64,000 nucleotides of DNA from Dehalococcoidia bacterium (GTDB lineage: Bacteria; Chloroflexota; Dehalococcoidia; UBA6926), in the NCBI GenBank assembly GCA_963666115.2, contig CAXXET010000004.1, forward strand, positions 288,001 to 352,000, written 5' to 3'. Of this stretch, positions 9,950 to 20,213 are shown one piece after another (position 1 is the stretch's first letter; every line of letters starts with the position of its first letter). The position numbers and the translations under genes were made by a program. A model generated the notes under the pieces. That model was not told the DNA's origin. It made no database searches and was given only the letters and a program-made list of their open reading frames with translations.

Positions 9950-10950
9950 GTCTCGCCGTGCAATGGGAATCTCTTGCGGCAGTCACGCCCGAGTGGCCGG
10001 CCCTGTTCGCCAAATCCACAACGCAGTCGATATTCCTTTCCCTGCCCTGGCAGACGGCGTGGGCGATCAACTGCTGCGGCTCAACGGATGAGCACCCCGT
10101 TCTGACCGTTCGCGACGGCGCGGACGGCTCGCTGCGCGGCATCGCGCCACTGGTTCACGGCACGGATGCCGTCACGTTCGGCCTGGACTACAACGTGACG
10201 GATTACCAGGATATTTTGTCGGACCCGGGTGAGGAGGAGGCCGTCTGGGACGCGATCCTCGACTACGGGGCGTCCGAGGGGTGGTCGTCCATCGAACTGA
10301 CGGGCGTTCGGGATGATTCGCCGTCGACACGCATATTGGAGACACGGGCCACAGAGCACGGGTGGCGGGCTGATCGCTCCGTGTGGGACGTGTCTCCGTA
10401 CGTTGAACTGCCGGAATCATGGGAGTCGCACGTGCAGAGCCTCTCCAAGAAGGATCGCCACGAACTGCGGCGAAAGCTGCGCCGGCTGGAGGCGAGCGGG
10501 GAGGCCGAATACCGCATCTACGACCACGAACATGATGAGCTGCCGGATGCCCTGGATGCCTTCGTGTCCCTGATGGGCAAGAGCAGCGAGGCGAAGTCGG
10601 ATTTCCTGACCGAAGATCGCAGATCGTTCCTGGAGACGCTGACGCAGACGATGGCGGAGGCGGATTCACTCCAGCTTGCTTTCCTGGACGTGGGGGGCAA
10701 GCCGGTTTCGGCCACGATGAGCTTCCTGGAGGGAGACCGCCTGCTGTTGTACAACAGCGGATACGACCCGGAGTATCGCCACCTGTCGGTTGGGCTGCTG
10801 CTGAAGGCGTACGGGCTGCGCGGCGCGATTGAACTGGGGCTGCGCGAGTACGATTTCCTGCGCGGGAATGAGCCGTACAAGTACGACCTCGGCGGCAATG
10901 ACCGCGTGCTGTACCGCTGGCAGCTGGCGCGGGCGGACGGGGCGGCGTGA
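9946..10950 (+). CDS. GNAT acetyltransferase (CelD/BcsL, Acetyltransf_6-like)
   Basis: LSKKDRHELRRKLRRL, LYNSGYDPEY..LSVGLLL, YDFLRGNEPYKY. Confidence 0.85.
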   Translation: MSLAVQWESLAAVTPEWPALFAKSTTQSIFLSLPWQTAWAINCCGSTDEHPVLTVRDGADGSLRGIAPLVHGTDAVTFGLDYNVTDYQDILSDPGEEEAVWDAILDYGASEGWSSIELTGVRDDSPSTRILETRATEHGWRADRSVWDVSPYVELPESWESHVQSLSKKDRHELRRKLRRLEASGEAEYRIYDHEHDELPDALDAFVSLMGKSSEAKSDFLTEDRRSFLETLTQTMAEADSLQLAFLDVGGKPVSATMSFLEGDRLLLYNSGYDPEYRHLSVGLLLKAYGLRGAIELGLREYDFLRGNEPYKYDLGGNDRVLYRWQLARADGAA

Positions 10951-12152
10951 CTGTTCGATCGGTTGGGCTGCTTGCCCTGCATTCCTGCCCGTTGACTGCG
11001 CTGGGCACGGGGAAGGCGGGGGGGATGTCTTCCTATGTCCTGGGGCTTGCGCGGGAGTTTTCGCGGCGGGGGATCACCGTGAAGATCATCACGAATGAGC
11101 ATACGGAAGGGCATGGCGGCGGCGAGTTGTGTGACGGGTTTGAGGTGGTTCACGTGGCGAGTGGGGCGGCTGATGAGATTGCGGGGGCGTTGGGGGCGGA
11201 TTGTGAACTGATTCACTCTCATTATTGGGTTTCGGGGCTTGCGGGGATGGGCGTGGCGCGGCGGCTTGGGGCGCCGCACGTGACGACGTTTCACACGATT
11301 GGGGTGGTCAAGGAGGAGGCCTGGGTTCCCGCTTTCGCGGGAATGACGGAAGGGCACAGGGAGAGGGTGCAGGCGGAGGGGGTGGTTGCGCGGGGGGTGG
11401 ACGGGATCGTGGCGTGGACGCGGTTCGAGGCGGATGCGCTGGTTTCGATGCTGGGGGCTGAACGGGAGCGGATTGCGGTTGCGCCTATCGGCGTCGACAC
11501 GGACCGGTTCCGGCCACTGGATACGGCAGAGGCGCGTCGATGTCTTGGGATTGGCGCCGATGAGGAGACTTTGCTGTACGTCGGGCGGCTCGATCGAATC
11601 AAGGGGGCTGACGTGCTGCTGAGGGCGGCGGGGCTCCTTATTAAACGGCCGTGGCTGCGGGTTCGTTTCGTAGGCGGCGAGGTGGATGCGAACTATGCGG
11701 CCGGGCTGCGAACACTGGCGGCTGACCTAAACATCGCGGACAGAATCTCGTGGGTTGGGCCTGTGCCGAACGATGAATTGCCGTGGCATTATGCGGCGGC
11801 GGACGTGGTCGTCGTGCCATCGTATTCGGAGAGTTTCAGCATCGCGGCAACGGAGGCAATGGCGTGCGGCAGGCCGGTCGTGGCGTCCAACGTGCCGGGG
11901 CCGGCGTCGTTCATCGAGGACGGGGTATCGGGCCGGCTTGCGCCGGCGGGTGACGCCCCTGCCCTTGCGCGCTCCGTTGGGGAGTTGCTGGACGACGACG
12001 CGCTGCGGGAACGGCTTGGGGAAGGGGCGTTGGCGGCGGCGCGGGGGATGACGTGGGGGGCGAGCGCGGAGACGGCGCTGGGGCTGTACGAGAGGGTGAT
12101 CGAGGTGGGGGGCGAAGTGGGGTCTTTGGATTCTTCGCTGCGCTCAGAATGA
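10947..12152 (+). CDS. mshA: GT4 glycosyltransferase, MshA-like; in-frame family B repeat, stop supplied by family A repeat
   Basis: LHSCPL..GTGKAGGM, IHSHYWVSG, LYVGRLDRIKG, PSYSESF..EAMACG. Confidence 0.75.
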   Translation: MTVRSVGLLALHSCPLTALGTGKAGGMSSYVLGLAREFSRRGITVKIITNEHTEGHGGGELCDGFEVVHVASGAADEIAGALGADCELIHSHYWVSGLAGMGVARRLGAPHVTTFHTIGVVKEEAWVPAFAGMTEGHRERVQAEGVVARGVDGIVAWTRFEADALVSMLGAERERIAVAPIGVDTDRFRPLDTAEARRCLGIGADEETLLYVGRLDRIKGADVLLRAAGLLIKRPWLRVRFVGGEVDANYAAGLRTLAADLNIADRISWVGPVPNDELPWHYAAADVVVVPSYSESFSIAATEAMACGRPVVASNVPGPASFIEDGVSGRLAPAGDAPALARSVGELLDDDALRERLGEGALAAARGMTWGASAETALGLYERVIEVGGEVGSLDSSLRSE

Positions 12153-12153
12153 C
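12129..12153 (+). repeat. Family A palindrome overlapping the mshA-like stop codon
   Basis: GATTCTTCGCTGCGCTCAGAATGAC encodes DSSLRSE*. Confidence 0.9.
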
Positions 12154-12176
12154 AGAAGTGGTTGGGGGGCTGAATT

Positions 12177-12896
12177 GTGATTGAGGAGTTTGGGGAGGTT
12201 GAGCGGGTTTTGGTGGTTTCGCCGCATCCGGATGACGCGGAGATCGGGTGCGGGGGGACGATAGCGCGGCTGATCCGGGACGGGGTCGAGGTATATTACG
12301 TGGTCGCGACGAACGGCGACAAGGGGACGGAAGACCCTACCCTGACGAACGCCGATCTCGCGGCGCTGCGCGACAAGGAGCAGCGCGCGGCGGCGGCGAT
12401 GCTCGGCGTGAAAGAGGTCACCATCCTGCAGAACGGCGACGGGGAGCTGGTGGACGGGCGGGAACTGCTCGGCGAGATCACGCGGCACGTTCGGCGGATC
12501 AAGCCGGACATCGTACTGACGACGGACCCGTTCAGGACGAGCTTCTATACTCACCGCGACCACCGCATCACGGGCATGGTGACGATGGACGCCGTGTTCC
12601 CGTTCGCGCGGGACCGGCTGCATTTCCCCGAGCACGACGCGGAGGGTTTGAAGACGCACAAGACGGCGGAAATCTACTTTTGGGGCGCGGAGACGTCCGA
12701 CGTGTTCATTGACATTTCGGACACCATCGAAACAAAAATTGAGGCGACACTGCTTCATGCGAGCCAGTTTGAGCCGGAATCCGGCGAGTGGATCCGACGT
12801 TGGTCGGCGCGCAAGGGCGAGCCGCACGGGATAGCGTACGCGGAGGAGTTCCGCCGCTACGGAATCAGCCGCATGGGAACGGATGAAGAGGACTAG
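12177..12896 (+). CDS. PIG-L family (MshB/BshB-like) deacetylase 1
   Basis: VSPHPDDAEIGCGG, ATNGDKG, HRDH zinc motifs. Confidence 0.9.
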   Translation: MIEEFGEVERVLVVSPHPDDAEIGCGGTIARLIRDGVEVYYVVATNGDKGTEDPTLTNADLAALRDKEQRAAAAMLGVKEVTILQNGDGELVDGRELLGEITRHVRRIKPDIVLTTDPFRTSFYTHRDHRITGMVTMDAVFPFARDRLHFPEHDAEGLKTHKTAEIYFWGAETSDVFIDISDTIETKIEATLLHASQFEPESGEWIRRWSARKGEPHGIAYAEEFRRYGISRMGTDEED

Positions 12897-12927
12897 GACG
12901 ATTAGCACGGGGGAGACACAGAGGCAC

Positions 12928-13632
12928 ATGGTTGACACACAAGGCCGCCCCAAGAAGCTGATGGCGATCTCGGCGCATCCGGACGACATGGAGTTCGGGT
13001 GCGGGGGGACTATCGGCAAGTGGATACGCGAGGGCTGGGAGGGGGCGCTGGTCATCGCGACGGACGGCCGCGCGGGCACAGCCGACCCGGACACGAAGCC
13101 GGAGGACCTGGTCAAGACGCGCGAGGCCGAGGCGCGGGCGGCGGCGAAAGCGCTCGGCATCGAGGACGTGACGTTCCTTGGGTACCCGGACGGCGAACTC
13201 GAGGACAGCCGCGAGCTGCGCGAACACCTGGTGCGTGAAATCCGCCGGTTCAGGCCGGAGGTGGTGTTCACGTTCGATCCGTACCGTCGGGGTCACAACC
13301 ATCGCGATCACCGGAACGTGGGGCAGGCGGCGTTCGACGCGATGTACCCGTACGCGCGCGACCTGTATCATTTCCCGCATTTGGCGGAACAGGGCTTTGA
13401 GCCGCACATCGTGTCCGAGGCGTGGTCATGGAGCGAGGAGCCGGACACGTGGATCGACATCTCGGACTCGATCGATCTGAAAGTAGCGGCGCTTCGAGAG
13501 CACAGGAGCCAGATCAGCAACCCGGAAGGCCTGATGGAGCGGATTCACTCGCGTCACGAGGAGCAGGGGAAATCGCCGGGGTACCAGTACGCGGAGGGGT
13601 TCCGGGTACACCGGTTTAGGTGGCCGGGGTAA
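12928..13632 (+). CDS. PIG-L family deacetylase 2
   Basis: SAHPDDMEFGCGG, ATDGRAG, LGYPDG, HRDH. Confidence 0.9.
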   Translation: MVDTQGRPKKLMAISAHPDDMEFGCGGTIGKWIREGWEGALVIATDGRAGTADPDTKPEDLVKTREAEARAAAKALGIEDVTFLGYPDGELEDSRELREHLVREIRRFRPEVVFTFDPYRRGHNHRDHRNVGQAAFDAMYPYARDLYHFPHLAEQGFEPHIVSEAWSWSEEPDTWIDISDSIDLKVAALREHRSQISNPEGLMERIHSRHEEQGKSPGYQYAEGFRVHRFRWPG

Positions 13633-13675
13633 GGGCTAGGGGCTCGCGGGGGGACACGTGTAGCCTAAGGCTGCT

Positions 13676-16600
13676 ATGAGCACAGGCAATCAGAACCGGG
13701 CGGCACTCCAGGAGTACTTGGCCAGCGTCAGGGCGACGCTGGCGACGGGGCAGGCGGGAGAACACGCATACCGTGGCACGTTTGAGAGCCTGATTCGGAG
13801 TTTCGAGGGCGGGCAGTACAGGGCTATCAACGAGCCGCGCGGCGAAACCGTCGGGCGGCCAGATTTTGTCATTCACGAGGGCGACGTACCCGTTGGCTAT
13901 GTTGAGTGCAAGGACATTGGCGCCGACCTTGAGCGGGAAGAAAGTTCCGAGCAACTTGGGCGTTACCGCGACGGCTTGCACAACCTGATCCTGACGGACT
14001 ACCTGACGTTCCGGTGGTACGTGGAGGGGGAGTTCCAGAGGGAAGTCACGCTGGCGACACGACAGCCTGACGGCACACTCAGCCGGGCTGCGCAAGGCTA
14101 TACGGACGTCGATCTGCTCCTCAAGGATTTTTTGTCTCAAGACGCAACCCTCGTCAATACGCCGCAGGAGCTAGCGCGGCGCATGGCAATCAAGACGCGG
14201 CTCCTACGAGATTCGGTTCGCAGCAGACTTGCCGAGAATCCGACGGAGGGTTCCGTTGCGGCTTTTCAGCGTCTGAGCAGGGAATTGCTGGCAGCGGAGT
14301 CCGATGTAGAGGCAGTTGCGGATACGTATGCCCAGACGGCGGCTTACGGCCTGTTTGCGGCATGGCAGAAGCGTCCTGCGGGCAGCGAATTTACGCGTCA
14401 GTCAGCGGTGTTCACGGACATGACGCCGTTCTTGGGAGACGCGCTCGACAGTGTTGCGGGACGCCGGACCGAGGGAAAGCTTGCGTGGGTTATCGACGAC
14501 CTAGCGCGGCTCCTGGACAAGACAGACCGGTCGGCAATCATGCAGGGGTTTGCCCGCGCCCCAGGGCAAGACGACCCGATTATCCACTTCTACGAGGATT
14601 TCCTGGCGGTGTACGACTCAAGCATGCGCGAGAAACGCGGCGTCTATTACACCCCGCTGCCGGTCGTGTCCTATATCGTGCGCAGCATCGACAAGCTCTT
14701 GCGGGACAGCCTGGGGATTGCCGACGGGCTGGCAGACACAGAGAAGGTCGGCAACGGGGAGCACCATAGAGTAACAATTCTCGATCCGGCGGTGGGCACA
14801 GGCACGTTCCTTCGGGAGGTTGTAGCGCACGTTCGCGGCACGATCAGAGACAAGGGTTTGGGCGGCATATGGCCGGAGTACGTTAAGGACGACCTGCTGC
14901 CACGGCTACACGGCTTTGAACTGCTGATGGCGCCGTACACGATCAGCCATCTGAGCCTTAGCGTCGCGCTATCCGCTGACGGCACCCCGGGGGACATTGG
15001 CATCGGCGACCGTGAAATAAACGTCGTGCTGACGAATTCGCTGGAGCCAGCGCATGTCGTGAGCTCCGGGCCGTCATTCTGGGATGCGTCTTCCATCGAA
15101 GCAGAGTCATCCCGCGCCGACGACGTGAAGCGGGACCGGCCAGTGATGGTCGTCCTTGGCAATCCACCCTATTTCGCAGAGTCTGCCAACGACGGACAGT
15201 GGATACGCGGTCTCTTGCGGGGCAAGGATGGGGAAGCGGACACCGGCTCATATTTCCACGTAGATGGGGAACCGCTTGGGGAACGAAACCCACGATGGCT
15301 CAACGACGACTACGTGAAGTTCATTCGCTTCGCCCAGTGGCGCATCGAGCAGACCGGAGAGGGTGTGCTGGGGTTCATCACGAATCACAGCTACCTGGAC
15401 AATCCGACGTTCCGGGGGATGCGCCACAGCCTGCTGGAGACCTTTGACGATATCTACATCCTCGATCTTCATGGGAATGCCATGAAACGAGAGAAGGCGC
15501 CAGACGGCAGCGCGGACGAAAACATCTTCAATATCCAGCAGGGTGTAGCGATCGCACTGTTCATCAAGCGGGCTGACCAGAGAGCGGGGTTGGCAACGGT
15601 GCGCCACGCAGACTTGCGGGGCAAGCAGGGAGACAAGCACGCGTGGCTGGGAGAGCACGACGTATCCGATACAGAGTGGACGGAGTTGAATCCACGGCAG
15701 CCAGGCTATTTCTTCATTCAACGCAACAATGGCGTCCTCGAAGACGAATATGAACGCGGTTACAGCGTTGCTAACATCTTTCCAATGAATTCAGTTGGTA
15801 TTGTGACGGCGCGGGATAAGCTGACCATCCAGTGGTCAGAAGAAGATATGGTGGAGGTCGTCACCGATTTCGCAGCGCGTGGGGTTGAGGATGCGCGTGA
15901 GCATTACGCCCTGAATAGCGACGCGGAAGACTGGAAAGTAGGACTGGCCCAACAGGATCTCCGAGACCACCCGAATCTTTCGGATCACGTGACGGAATTG
16001 CTCTACCGACCGTTTGATATGCGCCACACCTACTACACAGGGCAATCGAGAGGCTTTATTTGCCGACCGCGCCAGAACGTGATGCGGCACATGCTGGCGG
16101 GGCAGAACCTGGGGCTGATTTCCAGTCGGCAGGTATCTGTCGACAACGGCTACTCGCATGCCATAGCGACACGCCACATCGTTGACGCCAGGTCTGTGTA
16201 TACGAGCAGGGGCATCATGTCTCTGATGCCCCTCTACTTGTATCCGACGGATGCAGAGCGGGAGAGGGGCATCGGCGTCAGGGCGAATCTGGATGAGGGA
16301 TTCGTCGAGGCAGTAATTGAGGCTATCGGGCTGACGTTCACGCAGGACGGGCCGGGTGATTTGAAGTCGACGTTCGGGCCAGAGGACGTGTTCCATTACG
16401 TGTACGCGATCCTGCACAGCCCGGGCTATCGGACTCGCTACGGCGATTTTCTGAAGTCGGACTTTCCGCGCATCCCGTTGACGCGCAGCCAAGAACTATT
16501 CAGACGGCTCATCACGTCGGGGCGGCGGCTCACGGAATTGCATCTCATGGAGGCTGAGCCACTGACGCAGCCGAGTTTTCCCGAGCAGGGGAACTTGCGG

Positions 16601-16882
16601 GTGGACCGGACGCAGTTCGTTGAGCCGCGTGACGGCGTGATTGGCCGCGTGATGATCAACCGGGATCAGTACTTCGAGGGGGTCAGCAAGGCAACGTGGG
16701 ATTTCACGATTGGCGGGTATCGACCTGCGCAGAAGTGGCTGAAGGACCGCAAGGGTCGGACGCTGACGGCTGACGACGTGCGACATTATCGGGCAATGTG
16801 CGGGGCATTGTCGGAGACGCAGGAGTTAATGGTACAGGTAGACGGGGTTATCGAAGACGCAGGCGGGTGGCCGCTGGGGTAA
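13676..16882 (+). CDS. Single-polypeptide restriction-modification enzyme (Type IIG-like: nuclease, amino-methyltransferase, LlaBIII-type specificity domain)
   Basis: N-terminal PD..ECK nuclease motif (RPDFV..VECKD), GVYYTP, ILDPAVGTGTF (motif I), GNPPY (motif IV), C-terminal YRPFD, DFPRIP, IGGYRPAQKWLKDRK. Confidence 0.85.
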   Translation: MSTGNQNRAALQEYLASVRATLATGQAGEHAYRGTFESLIRSFEGGQYRAINEPRGETVGRPDFVIHEGDVPVGYVECKDIGADLEREESSEQLGRYRDGLHNLILTDYLTFRWYVEGEFQREVTLATRQPDGTLSRAAQGYTDVDLLLKDFLSQDATLVNTPQELARRMAIKTRLLRDSVRSRLAENPTEGSVAAFQRLSRELLAAESDVEAVADTYAQTAAYGLFAAWQKRPAGSEFTRQSAVFTDMTPFLGDALDSVAGRRTEGKLAWVIDDLARLLDKTDRSAIMQGFARAPGQDDPIIHFYEDFLAVYDSSMREKRGVYYTPLPVVSYIVRSIDKLLRDSLGIADGLADTEKVGNGEHHRVTILDPAVGTGTFLREVVAHVRGTIRDKGLGGIWPEYVKDDLLPRLHGFELLMAPYTISHLSLSVALSADGTPGDIGIGDREINVVLTNSLEPAHVVSSGPSFWDASSIEAESSRADDVKRDRPVMVVLGNPPYFAESANDGQWIRGLLRGKDGEADTGSYFHVDGEPLGERNPRWLNDDYVKFIRFAQWRIEQTGEGVLGFITNHSYLDNPTFRGMRHSLLETFDDIYILDLHGNAMKREKAPDGSADENIFNIQQGVAIALFIKRADQRAGLATVRHADLRGKQGDKHAWLGEHDVSDTEWTELNPRQPGYFFIQRNNGVLEDEYERGYSVANIFPMNSVGIVTARDKLTIQWSEEDMVEVVTDFAARGVEDAREHYALNSDAEDWKVGLAQQDLRDHPNLSDHVTELLYRPFDMRHTYYTGQSRGFICRPRQNVMRHMLAGQNLGLISSRQVSVDNGYSHAIATRHIVDARSVYTSRGIMSLMPLYLYPTDAERERGIGVRANLDEGFVEAVIEAIGLTFTQDGPGDLKSTFGPEDVFHYVYAILHSPGYRTRYGDFLKSDFPRIPLTRSQELFRRLITSGRRLTELHLMEAEPLTQPSFPEQGNLRVDRTQFVEPRDGVIGRVMINRDQYFEGVSKATWDFTIGGYRPAQKWLKDRKGRTLTADDVRHYRAMCGALSETQELMVQVDGVIEDAGGWPLG

Positions 16883-17757
16883 TGGGAGTGACGGAGCGGG
16901 TTGGCGCGGGTGGGTTTGTTGATATTCATTGCCATGTTTTGCCGGGGATAGACGATGGGGCGCGGGATCGGGCCGAGGCGGTGGAGATGGTCCACATGGC
17001 GCATGAGCAGGGCACGGTCACCATCGTCACGACACCCCACAATTTTCCCCGCTCGCACCAGACTGTCCTCGAGGAATCGCGGCATCGAATAGGATTGTTG
17101 AGGCGGGCGGCGGCGGAACGCGACCTGAACGTCGATCTGCTGACTGGGCAGGAGATACGCATCACGCGGGGACTGACACAGCAGTTGGAGTCAGGGAACG
17201 GGGCGACGATCAACGCGACGCGGTACGTGCTGGCGGAGCCGCCGTTCAATTCAATGCCGGACTATGTTGAGGAGGAGATTACGTCGATCATTTCTCTCGG
17301 CTACCGGCCGGTGTTGGCGCATCCTGAGCGTAATACGATCATCCAGCGCGATCCCGACATTGTGCGGCGGTTGATCGGCCTCGGCGCGCTTACGCAAATG
17401 AACACCGGCAGCCTGTTTGACCACTATGGGCCCGGGTCACGCGAGGCGGGGGAATACCTGTTGCAGCAGGAGATGATCCACGTGATCGCGACGGACGCGC
17501 ACGGCTCGACCGGCCCTCGCGTGCCCAATATGCGGGCGGGGTTTGACCGGGTCGCCGAACTGACGGATGAGAGCCGCGCGTGGGCGCTGGCGCGAGACAA
17601 CCCGTTGGCCATCACGGAAGAGCGGGAGATACCGTACAGGCCGGCGGGTTTGTGCAGCCGGTGCGGGAATGAGACAGCGGCGCGGGAGTTGGCGGCGTCC
17701 GGGGGACGGTGCGAGTGGTGCCGTTCGGTAGACGAGGTGCCTTGGGAGGAGGATTAG
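16882..17757 (+). CDS. CpsB/CapC/YwqE-like PHP-family protein-tyrosine phosphatase with C-terminal CxxC..CxxC
   Basis: DIHCHVLPGIDDG, TTPH, LAHPERN, ATDAH; ATG overlaps upstream TAA. Confidence 0.88.
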   Translation: MGVTERVGAGGFVDIHCHVLPGIDDGARDRAEAVEMVHMAHEQGTVTIVTTPHNFPRSHQTVLEESRHRIGLLRRAAAERDLNVDLLTGQEIRITRGLTQQLESGNGATINATRYVLAEPPFNSMPDYVEEEITSIISLGYRPVLAHPERNTIIQRDPDIVRRLIGLGALTQMNTGSLFDHYGPGSREAGEYLLQQEMIHVIATDAHGSTGPRVPNMRAGFDRVAELTDESRAWALARDNPLAITEEREIPYRPAGLCSRCGNETAARELAASGGRCEWCRSVDEVPWEED

Positions 17758-18665
17758 GCGAGGGTTAGCCAGTGGGCGTATTGGTCACGTTCGCCTTTTA
17801 CTACTTCGAAGTAGAGTTTTTGGAGTTCGGCGGTGATGGGGCCGATTCCGCCGCTGCCAATGGGCCTGCCGTCCACCTCGGTAACGGGCGTGACGTGGGC
17901 GGCGGTGCCCGTCATGAATAGCTCGTCGGTCACGTAGACCTCGGTCTTGGGGATGGTTCGTTCCTCGACGCGCAGCCCAAGAACGTCACGCGCCAGTTCC
18001 ATGACGGTGTTCCGCGTGATGCCGTCAAGGATGCCGTCGGTCTGCGGCGGGGTGCTGATAACCCCGTCCTCGATCAGGAAGATGTTCTCGCCGCTGCCCT
18101 CGGATATATTGCCGTCGTCGGTCAGGAGGATCGCCTCATCGTACCCGCGCCAGACGGCTTCGCTCTTGGCCATGCTGTTGGCGACGTACATGCCGGTGAC
18201 CTTGGCGCTCGGCGGGATGACGTTGTCCTGGATGCGCGTCCAGCTTGAGAACGTGCAGCGGATTCCGGCGTCGGAGTCGAGGTAGTTGCCGAACGGGACG
18301 ATGTAGATGAGGAACTGATCGTCAAGATCGTGGATGCGGAGCCCGACGATGTCCGATGACTTGTAGGCGAGGGGGCGGATGTAGACATCCTCCTTGAAGC
18401 CGCACTGCTGCACGAGGTCAAGCGTGATTCGCTCAAAGTCGTCAAGGGAATAGGGGAGCTTGATGTTGAGCATTGCGCAGGAACGGAGAAGGCGCGCGTA
18501 GTGCTCCCGCACGCGGAACAGGTACATCTGCTCCTGGTCGGGGTTCCAGTTGCCGCGGATGCCCTCAAAGACGCCGGTGCCGTAGTTGAATGCGTGGGTG
18601 ACGACGCTGATTTTGGCCTCCTCAAGCGGGACGACTTTCCCTTCGAAGAAGGCTAGTGATGGCAT
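17754..18665 (-). CDS. ilvE: Branched-chain amino acid aminotransferase
   Basis: THAFNYGTGVFEGIRG, AKVTGMY, EGSGENIF, LDGITR, FMTGTAA. Confidence 0.95.
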   Translation of the reverse strand: MPSLAFFEGKVVPLEEAKISVVTHAFNYGTGVFEGIRGNWNPDQEQMYLFRVREHYARLLRSCAMLNIKLPYSLDDFERITLDLVQQCGFKEDVYIRPLAYKSSDIVGLRIHDLDDQFLIYIVPFGNYLDSDAGIRCTFSSWTRIQDNVIPPSAKVTGMYVANSMAKSEAVWRGYDEAILLTDDGNISEGSGENIFLIEDGVISTPPQTDGILDGITRNTVMELARDVLGLRVEERTIPKTEVYVTDELFMTGTAAHVTPVTEVDGRPIGSGGIGPITAELQKLYFEVVKGERDQYAHWLTLA

Positions 18666-18745
18666 TGGGCGTTTCTCCTACTGGTGATGCGGCTGCGGGT
18701 ACTGGTCAGTTTATCGCAGTTGGATTGGGGGCGGCAATTGAGCGG

Positions 18746-19378
18746 TTAGCGGCGGCGGTCTGCGAGTTCTGCGGCGACTTCATCGAGGGATACGCCGGCG
18801 TCTTCGAGGAGGATTGTGAGGTGGTAGAGGAGGTCGGCGGCCTCGGCGCGGACACGATCCGGGGCCTTGGCCATCGCCGCCAAAGCGGTCTCGCCGCCCT
18901 CTTCGATGACCTTTTGGGCGATGCGCTCCGTGCCGCGCTCAAAGAGCGAGGCGGTGTAGCTGCCCTCCGGCATGTCCTTCCTGCGCTGGGCGACGGTCAT
19001 GGCGAGTTCGGCAAGCGTCGCGCCGAGTTGATCCTGCGCGGCGGGCTCCAACTCCCACTCAGCGGCGTCGAAGTCCTGGTAGAAGCAGGTTTCGCTACCG
19101 GTGTGGCAGGCGGGGCCGTCCGGATTGACCCTGAGCAGGATGACATCGCCGTCGCAATCGGGGCGGATTTCGACGATGTTGAGGAAGTGGCCGGAGGTTG
19201 CGCCCTTGTGCCAGAGCTCTTGCCGCGAGCGGCTATAGAACCATGCCTGGCCGGATTCGATAGTGCGCGTGAGAGATTCGTGGTTCATGTAGGCGACCAT
19301 GAGGACGGCGCCGGTGCGGGCGTCCTGGGCGATGGCGGGGATGAGGGCTTTTTCATTGAGTACGAGTTGGGTTGGCAT
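18746..19378 (-). CDS. hisIE: Bifunctional phosphoribosyl-AMP cyclohydrolase / phosphoribosyl-ATP pyrophosphatase
   Basis: [44 protein letters not shown]. Confidence 0.95.
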   Translation of the reverse strand: MPTQLVLNEKALIPAIAQDARTGAVLMVAYMNHESLTRTIESGQAWFYSRSRQELWHKGATSGHFLNIVEIRPDCDGDVILLRVNPDGPACHTGSETCFYQDFDAAEWELEPAAQDQLGATLAELAMTVAQRRKDMPEGSYTASLFERGTERIAQKVIEEGGETALAAMAKAPDRVRAEAADLLYHLTILLEDAGVSLDEVAAELADRRR

Positions 19379-19427
19379 GGGGTCTTCTCCTCTGTTCAGT
19401 GACGGGAGGCTCACTCAATTGTAGGGG

Positions 19428-20213
19428 TTAGAGGGCGGGGAGGGTTTTGGAGGCGACGATGTCTACGAGGCCGAGGAGGTTGGTGATTTCGTGGTCGGGG
19501 GTTGCCGGAACGTCCCTCGGCCAGTCCGCGCCGGCACGGTTTAGCCAGACGGCGGGGATGCCGGCCATCTGCGGGCCCTGGACATCCTCCTTTGGAGTAT
19601 CGCCGACGTAGATTGCCTGGGACGGGTCATCGATGCCGAACGCAGCGAGGGCGGTTTCAAAGATGCGGGGGTGGGGCTTGTAGACGCGCACGCCTTCGGA
19701 ATGGATGACGTGGTCGAACGCCAGGCCGTGCGTCGCGATTGTGCCGTGCAGGTATTCGTGGTCGGCGTTGCTGACGATGGCGAGCGGGACGCGGGCGCGC
19801 AGGGCTTCAAGAGCCGGGGTAACGTCACGATACATTCCCCTTGCCTTTAGATCATCGTAGAACATGCCGATGGCACCGGGAATGTAGGCGGGGTCCAGGC
19901 CGAGTTCGGTTGAGGCGAGTTCAAAGGCATTGCGCCAGGCTTCGCGGTAGGGCGTGAATTGATCAGGGGGCGGGGCGTCCCATTGGCCATCGCCATCGAG
20001 CCAGACACGGGACTGGCGGAACGCGGTTTCATGCACGCGCCAGCGTTTCAGCAGGGTTTCGGAGTCGACGGGAATGTTAAACCGCTCGACGATTTCGGCA
20101 AAGATGCGGGACAGGAGACGCGGCTCGTAGTGGAAGAGCGTGCCGTAGGCGTCAAGGAGAACGGCGCGAAGCCGGAATCGTGAGCGGCGGCGGGGTCGGC
20201 CTGGAGGGTTCAC
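19428..20213 (-). CDS. HAD-family hydrolase (haloacid dehalogenase-like)
   Basis: [26 protein letters not shown]. Confidence 0.85.
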   Translation of the reverse strand: MNPPGRPRRRSRFRLRAVLLDAYGTLFHYEPRLLSRIFAEIVERFNIPVDSETLLKRWRVHETAFRQSRVWLDGDGQWDAPPPDQFTPYREAWRNAFELASTELGLDPAYIPGAIGMFYDDLKARGMYRDVTPALEALRARVPLAIVSNADHEYLHGTIATHGLAFDHVIHSEGVRVYKPHPRIFETALAAFGIDDPSQAIYVGDTPKEDVQGPQMAGIPAVWLNRAGADWPRDVPATPDHEITNLLGLVDIVASKTLPAL

